Source of the DNA: Candidatus Hadarchaeota archaeon | GTDB lineage: Archaea; CAYQAE01; CAYVLA01 | Direction of reading: 5' to 3' | NCBI GenBank assembly: GCA_964452145.1 | Contig: CAYVLA010000045.1 | Coordinates: 1-25,829 of the forward strand | DNA length: 25,829 nucleotides | Shown here: positions 18,433-25,829 of the stretch, one piece after another | Layout: every line of letters begins with the position of its first letter | How positions within the stretch are numbered: the first letter of the stretch is position 1 | Notes under the pieces: model-generated | What the model saw: only the letters and a program-made list of their open reading frames with translations | Told to the model about the DNA's origin: nothing | Databases searched by the model: none | Program-made: the position numbers and the translations under genes

Positions 18433-18538
18433 CAGCATGGCGCAACTATTCCCTCTTCACGTCTCCCAGCCGTGGCGCGAATTGGCTGCTCCCAGTCTGG
18501 CACCTGGCTAGAGTATCTCAAGCCTTCCTGATCCAGAG

Positions 18539-18875
18539 TTGGCTCCTCGGCCCGTTTGGAAGGGCTCCCTGGATATCTTCGCCCACTGGCTCGCCAGAGA
18601 CGGCACCCACGCGATCCGCGCCTTCGAAAACCGGCGCGAAACATGCATCCGTCCGTCTGCATTTACGAGTCCGGGGTTCTGGAATGAGCGGGTCGATCGG
18701 CCTGCGGCCCACCTGCGCAAGACGACAATCTGTTGCGGTTCTGAGCAACATATTGCTGACCGGAGAGATCACACCGCGGAGGTTGGAGGGTGTCCCACGC
18801 TGCGCTAGTCGAGCCACCACCTGATCCAGTCCCCGCTCAGGGCTAGATGAGGTCGGGTGTCCGGTAATCAAGACA
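18539..18875 (+). mobile_element. Possible decayed IS (IS481/IS3-like integrase C-terminus and right end)
   Basis: DG..AF...IRP...FWNERVDR...RRDHTAEVGGCP loosely follows the rve pattern D.G..F...NGxVER...RxH..lggtP. The segment ends in TGTCCGGTAATCAAGACA where the GH pseudogene is truncated. No matching left end found. Confidence 0.25.
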
Positions 18876-19541
18876 TCACTTCTGCCTTCCCCTTGAATCT
18901 ACGAGCGAGCCCCTTGACCCATTGCTGATGCTCCTTCAGGTGTCTCTCCTCAGGTTGCAGGACCCCCTTGTAATTGCCCAGACCATTTCCGGAAGGGAGA
19001 TCCAGATCCTCTTACGATAGGCCGCTCGCCCATTGTGGGCTACCGATGATCAGCAGGACCGGTTCAAGCCCCCAGTTCACAGCAGACAGAACGTTGTGAT
19101 CGGCAACGGACCAGTCGTACGGTTTCCCCTTATCGGGCTCGGACAGATCCTAGTAAGCCGAGACCCGCGCCGTCTTCAGGCCTAGTGTGCTGTTACAGAA
19201 ATGCATGGGTTTAACCCTGCGGACGCCTTTAGGAGGGATAGGGTGCACCCCGAAGAGAAGGGCGTTCTCCCAAGGTCAAAATAAACCGGCATCTGTTGGT
19301 AACAGCACACTAGGACATCGATGATGGCCCGCAGCCACTCGTATTCCTGATCGAGATCCATCATTGCGCCGTAGACCAGTTGCCCGCCCTACTCGTAGCC
19401 CAACCCCACAGGTTTCTCCCTTCGTGTCTCTTGCAGCGCAAGGAGAGCCCCAAAGGCTAGAAGTGCGAGGGTCACTGACAATGCAAGGATCTCGCATCCA
19501 TCGATGCGTGCCGCTGATGACATGTTGGAGATCTTGGGCAC
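18876..19541 (-). pseudogene. Pseudogene of an exported clan GH-A (GH39/GH5-like) glycoside hydrolase
   Basis: After removing the MITE, one frame reads ...ILALSVTLALLAFGALLA...GYE*GGQLVYGAMM...IIDVL|GLKTARVSAY*DLSEPDKGKPYDWSVADHNVLSAVNWGLEPVLLIIGSPQWASGLS*...WVKGLARRFKGKAEV. Stops at 19389-19391, 19150-19152 and 19012-19014. Truncated before the expected NEP motif. Confidence 0.75.
19182..19313. mobile_element. MITE (non-autonomous IS derivative), 124 bp between duplicated CTAG
   Basis: Perfect 16-bp inverted repeat CCTAGTGTGCTGTTAC (19181-19196) / GTAACAGCACACTAGG (19299-19314), extending imperfectly (ATGC..GGTTTA). CTAG at 19182-19185 and 19310-19313. Removal restores the GH frame. Confidence 0.85.
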
Positions 19542-19590
19542 GTGGCTCCACCAACCAGCTGACATTCAAGCGTAAGGTAAGGAGAGCTGC

Positions 19591-19608
19591 CAAAGGATAA
19601 GTAATAAG
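19591..19608 (+). promoter_or_regulatory. BRE/TATA-like promoter for a probably leaderless dehydrogenase transcript
   Basis: CAAAGGATAAGTAATAAG ends 21 nt before ATG 19630, with the same ATAAG end and spacing as at 9498-9514. Confidence 0.45.
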
Positions 19609-19629
19609 CCATGAAGGGTCATTCCCGCC

Positions 19630-20604
19630 ATGTTCGCCGCGATGATTTTCGGGCCACGCGATGTAAGGATAGTGGAACAACCGGATCCTCAGCCATCCCA
19701 GGACCAAATCCTCCTGAAGGTGGGCGGGGTATCACCCTGCGGCTCCGACCGGGCCAAGTACCGAACCCACACCGGGAGGCCCAGGATGTGGGGGCACGAG
19801 GTCTCCGGCATCGTCGCCGAAACCGGCTCTAACGTTCCGCGGCAAGTGAAGAAGGGCCTGCATGTCGCCCTCCTTCCAGTATATGGATGCATGAGCTGCC
19901 AGAATTGCCAGACTGGCAGGTTCGTCCTCTGCGATCATCCCAAGGTCATCAACGGGGGCTTCGCTCAGTTCATGGCCGTTCCGTGGCAGATTGCTATGCC
20001 CATACCCCAGGATCTCGAATGGGAGGTCGCGACCCTGCTGCCTGACGTTGTATGCGTTCCCGCTGCTGCCCTTCGCAGGACACATGTCTCGGCAGGCAAG
20101 AGAGTTCTGGTATTCGGGGCTGGGCCCATTGGACTATCTGCCACAATGCAGGGCAGACTTATGGGAGCCAGAGTCGGTGTTGTGGACCAAAGTCCGGAGA
20201 GGCTCGAGATCGTCGAACCCCATGCAGAGCTAACCTTTGACTCAGCCAAAGATCCTCGCCTGGCATCCTTCGCGCCGGAAGTCATTCTTGAATGCACCGG
20301 AGCTCCGGACCTACTCTCCACATCCCTGGCCCTGGTGGCGAAGGACGGGTGGGTGTGTGTCATCGGGGGCGGACAGCCTTTCAAAGTGGATCCGGTTCGA
20401 TTCTTCGTCGAGCGCATGGCGAAGCTGACCGGGAGTTGGTGCTTCTTCAAGGAGGACTTCTCCTGCTTGATCCAGCCGGTCCTCGATGGGCGCCTGGACC
20501 TGAAGCCTCTCATCTCCCGCGTGGTGAGTTTCCAGCAGCTTGCCGAAGCGTTGCGTGAATGGGACAGATCGCCAACGGTGATGAAGATCATCGCGGAACC
20601 CTGA
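19630..20604 (+). CDS. Zinc-dependent medium-chain alcohol/polyol dehydrogenase (sorbitol/threonine dehydrogenase-like)
   Basis: CGSD and GHE catalytic Zn motifs, CMSCQNC...C structural Zn site, GAGPIG Rossmann motif, ECTG. Confidence 0.93.
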   Translation: MFAAMIFGPRDVRIVEQPDPQPSQDQILLKVGGVSPCGSDRAKYRTHTGRPRMWGHEVSGIVAETGSNVPRQVKKGLHVALLPVYGCMSCQNCQTGRFVLCDHPKVINGGFAQFMAVPWQIAMPIPQDLEWEVATLLPDVVCVPAAALRRTHVSAGKRVLVFGAGPIGLSATMQGRLMGARVGVVDQSPERLEIVEPHAELTFDSAKDPRLASFAPEVILECTGAPDLLSTSLALVAKDGWVCVIGGGQPFKVDPVRFFVERMAKLTGSWCFFKEDFSCLIQPVLDGRLDLKPLISRVVSFQQLAEALREWDRSPTVMKIIAEP

Positions 20605-20606
20605 GG

Positions 20607-22352
20607 CTACAGGGGCACGGGGAAGTCGGAATACCCGGTCGAGATTCCCTCAGACCTGGGATACCTTGTCTCGGTCATGACCTCCAAGACGGCCGGAAGG
20701 CCGGAGTCGAAGGCTCTCTTCAGAGCTGGGCCAACCTCCGAGGGACGGTCCACCCTCTCCCCGTACGCGCCCATTGCCTCCGCCCATTTTACAAAGTCTG
20801 GGCTATACCTCTCTCCGGAAATCCGCTTGAACTCGGTGGCATAGGTCCTAGATTCGCCAAAGAGATGGATCTGGAGATCTCTGATGCTCATCCATCCATA
20901 GTTGTTCAACACGGTGTAGACCACCGGGATGCCGTACTGGACGGCCGTGGCCACCTCCTGTCCGGTCATCTGGAAGTCACCGTCACCGCAAACGCCCACC
21001 ACCTGGGTCTCCGGTCTTGCCAGCTTCGCTCCGATTGCAGCGGGAACGCAGAAGCCCATGGTGGAGAATCCCCCCGAGCTGATATGGGTTCTCGGCAGGT
21101 AGACTGGGAACTCTTGGAAGAGCTGTGCTTGTGCGTGGCCTGCCGCCCCGACCACGATCCCATCCCTCTTCAGAAACTTTCTGAGCTCGGACAGAAACCG
21201 GGAGGTCGTCATGGGCTTGTCCTCCGACTCCCGTCCTTCCTTGAGCCTTGATTCCCACTCAGCTTTTAGAGCGGCGATTCTCTGGAAGTAGGGACTGTCC
21301 TGATAGCTTCCCCTTCCCATCCGCGGCAGGGCTTCGAGGATCTGGCCAAGGAAAATCTTGATGTCGGCCAGCACTCCCATCTCCAACGGGTAGTTCTTGC
21401 CCACCTCCTTGGCATCGATGTCCACCTGAATGAGCTTTGTGGGAGGGATTGAAAACGTCACGCCGTCTTTGTAGGAGCTTGACGACCACTCAGCGAATCT
21501 TGAGCCCAAGGCGAGGATGACATCGGCCTCCTTGGTGAGGGCATTGCCCACAGTCGTAGCTTTGGACCCGGCGTAGTAAGCCGCGAGAGGATGATCCTCG
21601 GGGATGGCACCCTTTCCATTCACAGTCGTGACGACTGGTGCTCCGAGTAGCTCAGCCAAGCGCACCAATTCCTCAGAGCCACCCGATGCTATCACCCCGC
21701 CTCCGGCGATGATAACCGGCCGTTGGGCACCCGCGAGAAGCCCGACCGCCTCACTGACGGCCCCAGCATCGGCGCCAAATCTGTCATGAAGCATATATCT
21801 CGAGGGGTCATGCATGTGGGCCTCGAAGACCTCGGCCTGTACGTCCATGGGAAGATCGACGTGAACGGGGCCGGGTCGCCCCGTGACAGCCGTCGTGTAT
21901 GCTCGATGAATCACATCTAGGACCTGTCTACCGTGGGAGAGCTGCCAAGACCGCTTGACAACGGGCCTGAACATGGAGGGCGTATCGGCCCACGCATTCT
22001 CGTATACCGCTTGAAGGCCTCCCCGCTCCCACATGTATGTCTGGACCTGACCGGTGAAGGCAAGAAGAGCGGAGGAATCCGCTTGAGCAGTGGCGATGCC
22101 CACCAAGGCGTTCATCGCCCCAGGGCCGACCGAGGTGAAGATGCCTAGAGGTCGACCCGAAACCCTGAAGTATCCATCGGCAAGGTGGGCGGCTGATTGC
22201 TCGTGCCTCACCATGATGGTCTGGACTCGATCCGAGATCCTGCGGAAGGCCTCCACGAAAGGCAGTATCCCGTGGCCCGGGACACCGGCGATGTAGGGCA
22301 TCCCGGTCTGGGCGAGGTAGTCCGCTATGAAGTCGCACGTTGATCCTCTCAA
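20607..22352 (-). CDS. ThDP-dependent enzyme, acetolactate synthase large-subunit superfamily
   Basis: VRHEQSAAHLADGY, GPGAMN, GRPGPVHVDLPMD, QVDID, TMGFCVPAAIG, and the GDGDFQM...NN ThDP motif. Start reassigned to TTG 22352 with GGAGGTG upstream. Confidence 0.92.
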   Translation of the reverse strand: MRGSTCDFIADYLAQTGMPYIAGVPGHGILPFVEAFRRISDRVQTIMVRHEQSAAHLADGYFRVSGRPLGIFTSVGPGAMNALVGIATAQADSSALLAFTGQVQTYMWERGGLQAVYENAWADTPSMFRPVVKRSWQLSHGRQVLDVIHRAYTTAVTGRPGPVHVDLPMDVQAEVFEAHMHDPSRYMLHDRFGADAGAVSEAVGLLAGAQRPVIIAGGGVIASGGSEELVRLAELLGAPVVTTVNGKGAIPEDHPLAAYYAGSKATTVGNALTKEADVILALGSRFAEWSSSSYKDGVTFSIPPTKLIQVDIDAKEVGKNYPLEMGVLADIKIFLGQILEALPRMGRGSYQDSPYFQRIAALKAEWESRLKEGRESEDKPMTTSRFLSELRKFLKRDGIVVGAAGHAQAQLFQEFPVYLPRTHISSGGFSTMGFCVPAAIGAKLARPETQVVGVCGDGDFQMTGQEVATAVQYGIPVVYTVLNNYGWMSIRDLQIHLFGESRTYATEFKRISGERYSPDFVKWAEAMGAYGERVDRPSEVGPALKRAFDSGLPAVLEVMTETRYPRSEGISTGYSDFPVPL

Positions 22353-22380
22353 GCAGATCCCACCTCCGCGGGTCCTAGTG

Positions 22381-22390
22381 TATCTATAAG
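22381..22390. promoter_or_regulatory. Candidate TATA element in the 88-bp divergent spacer
   Basis: TATCTATAAG (reverse CTTATAGATA) is the best TATA-like box between the ThDP gene start (22352) and the dehydratase start (22441). Confidence 0.45.
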
Positions 22391-22440
22391 TGTTACAGGC
22401 CCGCTTCCATTTTTCAGCGTGGGACTGGCTACCTTCAGGG

Positions 22441-24093
22441 ATGAGAAGCGACGAGGTCAAGCTTGGCCTGGAGAGATCGGCTCACAGGGCCCTGCTTCAT
22501 TCACTGGGCCTTGACAAGGAGGCGATATCCAAGCCTTGGATAGGAGTCGCCAACTCCTGGAACGAGATCGTTCCCGGACACATTTGGCTGAGAGAACTAT
22601 CCGACCACGTGAAGCGGGGAATCGCATCGTCGGGTGGCTCCCCCTTCGAATTCGACTCCATAGGCATCTGCGACGGGCTCTGCCAAGGGCACCTGGGCAT
22701 GAAGTATGTGCTCCCCAGCAGGGAGATAATTTGCGACTCGGTGGAGTCAATGGCCGAGTCCCACCGATTCGATGGCTTGGTACTGATCTCAAGCTGCGAC
22801 AAGATAGTACCAGCCCATCTGATGGCCGCTGCAAGACTCGACATCCCATCGATCCTCGTCACCGGAGGCCCAATGGCTCCCGGCCAATACGAGGGAAGTA
22901 GCATAACCCTGGCCGACATGCGGGAGTTCGTCGGGAAGGTCCAAGCAGGGAAGTTGACTGAGGAACAGCTGGTGGAGATAGAGCAGACGGCGTGTCCCGG
23001 CCCTGGGTCATGCGCCATGATGGGAACGGCTAACACCATGGCCGTGGCGACGGAGGCCTTGGGAATGTCGCTGCCGGGCACCGCTTTAGCCCATGCATGT
23101 ACCGACGAAAAGCTCAGAATAGGCGATATGGCCGGGAGCCAGATACTCAGACTCATCGAAAAGAACATAACACCGCGAACCATCATGACAAGAGAGGCAT
23201 TCGAAAACACGATACGAGTCGTCGTATCCGTTGGCGGTTCGTTGAATTCGGTACTCCACATTATCGCCGCAGCCGGGGAGGCGGGGATCCAGATCACCCT
23301 TGACGACTTCGACATGATCTCTGCAAAAACCCCTCAGATCTCCTCAATTCGTCCTTCCGGCAAGGATACCATGCAGGATCTCCACCGCGCGGGTGGGGTG
23401 CCAGCCCTGATGAAGAGACTTCTGCCCCTCCTACACCAGCATTGCATAACCGTGAGCCTGAGCACGGTCAAGGATCTTGTGAAAGATGTCCGTGTCCGAG
23501 ATGAACATGTCATCAGGACGATGTCAAACGCGTACAGAAAAGAAGGAGGCATTGCCGTGCTGAAGGGAAGCCTCGCACCCAAGGGCAGCGTCATCAAGAC
23601 CTCGGCGCTGACCAACGGGATGATGTCAGGTCACGCACAAGCCAAGGCTTTTGATGCATTAGAGGACGCCATCCAGTGGATCAGGGGCAGGGACTTCCCC
23701 GACCCGAGCTGCATCGTCATACGGTACGAGGGACCTAGGGGTGGACCCGGCATGCGCGAGATGCATATGATAACCTCCTTGCTAGTCGGCAGGGGCCTAT
23801 CAGAACGAGTATTTCTGGTCACCGATGGGCGGTTCTCCGGCTCAACAAGAGGCCCGTTCATCGGGCATGTGTGTCCCGAGGCCTACGATGGTGGCCCCAT
23901 CGCGCTGGTTCAGGATGGTGACTACATCTCTTACAGTGTTCCCGGGAGGAGCCTCAACCTAGAGGTTCCCCGGGCGGAGCTTGACAACCGAGCCCGAACA
24001 TGGGGCAGGGTGGAGAAACCTGCCAGAGGTCTTCTCGGCCGATACAGGGAGCTTGCGAGAGGAGCCGATCTGGGAGCCAGGCTCAGAAGCTGA
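22441..24093 (+). CDS. ilvD: Dihydroxy-acid dehydratase (IlvD/Edd family)
   Basis: [20 protein letters not shown]-terminus, [58 protein letters not shown]. Confidence 0.93.
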   Translation: MRSDEVKLGLERSAHRALLHSLGLDKEAISKPWIGVANSWNEIVPGHIWLRELSDHVKRGIASSGGSPFEFDSIGICDGLCQGHLGMKYVLPSREIICDSVESMAESHRFDGLVLISSCDKIVPAHLMAAARLDIPSILVTGGPMAPGQYEGSSITLADMREFVGKVQAGKLTEEQLVEIEQTACPGPGSCAMMGTANTMAVATEALGMSLPGTALAHACTDEKLRIGDMAGSQILRLIEKNITPRTIMTREAFENTIRVVVSVGGSLNSVLHIIAAAGEAGIQITLDDFDMISAKTPQISSIRPSGKDTMQDLHRAGGVPALMKRLLPLLHQHCITVSLSTVKDLVKDVRVRDEHVIRTMSNAYRKEGGIAVLKGSLAPKGSVIKTSALTNGMMSGHAQAKAFDALEDAIQWIRGRDFPDPSCIVIRYEGPRGGPGMREMHMITSLLVGRGLSERVFLVTDGRFSGSTRGPFIGHVCPEAYDGGPIALVQDGDYISYSVPGRSLNLEVPRAELDNRARTWGRVEKPARGLLGRYRELARGADLGARLRS

Positions 24094-24402
24094 CATGGGC
24101 AAGCGATGTTCTGCATACCTTTCATCCGGTCCCTGCCCCCATCTGGCAGTTGTCCCACACCGGACGCTCAGGCCGCTGATGGGGATCTGGCTCTCGCACC
24201 CCGATATCGGTCGACGTTGGGGGCAACGATGAGATCGACCTGACTCTCGGGTTTCCTTGGTAGGATCTGATCATCAGCAACGACCCCACCGGCACTCTAG
24301 CCGACAACATGTCAATGCACAATCAGCCCTTCTATCTCTTCGTCTCCCTGCCGAATCCCCCTCAGGCCTCCAAGTCTGATGCGTACCGTCAAGGGTGTCA
24401 AC

Positions 24403-24430
24403 GCCAACATATGTGCCGAAAGCGTTTTGA
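24403..24430 (+). promoter_or_regulatory. GCCAACATATGT motif followed by a weak BRE/TATA-like sequence upstream of B3
   Basis: GCCAACATATGT (24403-24414) matches 12/12 the sense-strand motif upstream of A2, and is followed by CCGAAAGCGTTTTGA. Confidence 0.45.
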
Positions 24431-24466
24431 GCAGCGAGGAACGTGGGACAGAGCGGAGGCGGATCC

Positions 24467-25306
24467 ATGGTCAGCAGGGAAAGGCTTGCTATCGTCGCTG
24501 CATCTCTCATCTTCTCCTCGACCCTGACACTTCTCATCGCGGTCAGCCGATCTGTTGAAACGTTTACCCAGCTTGTCGAGCTTGAGTTCCCAGACAAGGT
24601 TTTCTCCGAATCCTTGCACACATCGGTACTGCATGGACTCGTTGTGACGAGGAAGCCGACCAGATACCTAGATATCCTGTTCTATTGCCTGCCCTCGCGG
24701 CCGCCTACGTGGATCAACTCGACTTCGCTCAGCGGAAGGGAGGATGTCGCCCGGTCAATACTGCAGGTCAAGAACAAGATGGATCTCTGTGAGATGCTCG
24801 GCCTGGAGTATCGGAAGATCGATGGGCTCCCAGCAATCTACGCGGGCAGGACCTACTTGATTGACCTCTACGACTTCTCAGTTCTCAACGACCTGGCCCA
24901 CTTCATGGGCCGGAACAAGACCACACTGGTTGCCGAGGCAATCGGCTTCAACTCGACCACCGGGCAACCTGAACTGTTCTTCGAGGGCGAGGCCGATTTC
25001 TTCTGGCAGAAGGGAAGGACGCTGGAGAAGCTGGAGATCCGAATCGGAGATAACCTGATGACCTATTACCCGGATGAGATCACCGACATGTGGCCACAGT
25101 ACGATTCCATCAGCGGCGACGCCCCGTACGGCAAGATCGCGCTGAACGACTTGCCCGCCGAATCACGCATCGAGGTGACCATCCATATCAAACGAGCGCC
25201 GGCAGAAGGAATCCCTGCTTCCAATCTCATGCTGATCGGAATCAGCGTCATGGCAAACGGTTTCGCTGAGGAAGAATGGTTGACAATAGCGGAGATCGGA
25301 GGCTAG
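24467..25306 (+). CDS. Family B membrane-anchored protein (B3), divergent paralog
   Basis: ATG 24467 with GGAGG upstream. N-terminal TM LAIVAASLIFSSTLTLLIAV. LEFP, LYDFS, FEGEADFF and TYYP align in order with B1/B2. Similar length (~280 aa). Confidence 0.8.
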   Translation: MVSRERLAIVAASLIFSSTLTLLIAVSRSVETFTQLVELEFPDKVFSESLHTSVLHGLVVTRKPTRYLDILFYCLPSRPPTWINSTSLSGREDVARSILQVKNKMDLCEMLGLEYRKIDGLPAIYAGRTYLIDLYDFSVLNDLAHFMGRNKTTLVAEAIGFNSTTGQPELFFEGEADFFWQKGRTLEKLEIRIGDNLMTYYPDEITDMWPQYDSISGDAPYGKIALNDLPAESRIEVTIHIKRAPAEGIPASNLMLIGISVMANGFAEEEWLTIAEIGG

Positions 25307-25309
25307 AAG

Positions 25310-25829
25310 ATGAGACCCACACCGCCTCCCATGCTAGCCTTGGTCACGATCCTCCTGCTGAGCCAGACAGGAGCAATCCAAACCGAGGAACGAGCCCTAG
25401 TTGCGGTCTTCTGCTACGACGACACAACCCAAGGCTATCTGAAGACCATGCTTAACTTCGCCCGCGACCTTGCCGTCGCAATCGAGGAACAAGCAGGGGA
25501 CAAGGTTGAGGCGGTTGCCTGCACCAGCTTCTCTGAACTCTACCAATACCTGAACGCGCCTTACACGGTTGCGGCCGTCGTATCTCTCGCCGGATCCCCC
25601 GAATTCAACTCCTCTCCTGCCCTGGCCCCGTATTTCCGCGATGGAGTTGGCATGGTTGGTTTCAACCACGTCTGCATGGTCCCCTTCTCACCAGACCTAG
25701 CCCAGGAAGTCTTCCCGATCTTCGGCAATGCTTCCAGTCTGGGGGTCATGACCCGCATCGGGGTAGCGTGGATCAGGACCCGGACCTACAAGAGATCGGC
25801 CGATCACCCAATTGCAGATGGACTGCCGG
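25310..25829 (+). CDS. Family C membrane protein (C3), 3'-truncated; absent from the ORF track
   Basis: ATG 3 nt after the B3 stop, open to the window end. Signal MLALVTILLLSQTGA. YFRDGVGMVGFNH...LAQEVFPIFGNASSLG aligns with C2 YFEEGGGLVGFHD...LATRVFPLYANVSTLG. Confidence 0.8.
   Translation, partial: MRPTPPPMLALVTILLLSQTGAIQTEERALVAVFCYDDTTQGYLKTMLNFARDLAVAIEEQAGDKVEAVACTSFSELYQYLNAPYTVAAVVSLAGSPEFNSSPALAPYFRDGVGMVGFNHVCMVPFSPDLAQEVFPIFGNASSLGVMTRIGVAWIRTRTYKRSADHPIADGLP

Noticed and set aside
19012..19391. Pyrrolysine or amber readthrough for the two in-frame TAGs in the GH-like frame
   Set aside because: The same frame also has a TAA, a MITE insertion and a truncation. Many intact genes here end in TAG.
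22353..22460. Head-to-head overlap of the ThDP and IlvD ORFs in the ORF track
   Set aside because: Longest-ORF artefact. Motif positions and the RBS support starts at 22352 and 22441.
1..25829. CRISPR array, tRNA, rRNA or intact transposase/integrase
   Set aside because: No regularly spaced short repeats, cloverleaf or intact recombinase ORF was recognised.

Overview
Probably archaeal DNA: TATA/BRE-like boxes about 20 nt ahead of leaderless starts, and GAGGTG(A)-type RBSs. Three layers are visible. (1) An unnamed, repeated set of three single-pass membrane protein families, labelled here A (signal peptide, GATase1-like domain, helical stalk, C-terminal TM with an RRxLY[RK]EVxTT tail), B (N-terminal anchor, unknown domain) and C (ThuA-like domain, stalk, C-terminal TM). 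They occur as C-A-B (<1-2950, +), FG-GAP-A-B-C-A (18323-12185, -) and B-C (24467->25829, +). Two A genes share an apparently identical 692-bp 3' half, while their 5' halves differ mainly in loops. The same CAACATATG motif lies upstream of three of these transcription units. (2) A minus-strand, apparently cytoplasmic glycan/sulfate catabolic cluster: heparinase II/III-like protein, MBL-fold lactonase, two Cys-type sulfatases and a GH42-like hydrolase. A Zn-dependent dehydrogenase, a ThDP enzyme and an IlvD-family dehydratase lie further along. (3) A decayed interval (about 18.5-19.55 kb) with an exported clan GH-A pseudogene split by a CTAG-flanked MITE, and possibly an IS remnant. No rRNA, tRNA or CRISPR array was recognised. 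Family assignments come from motif recognition by eye, not database searches.
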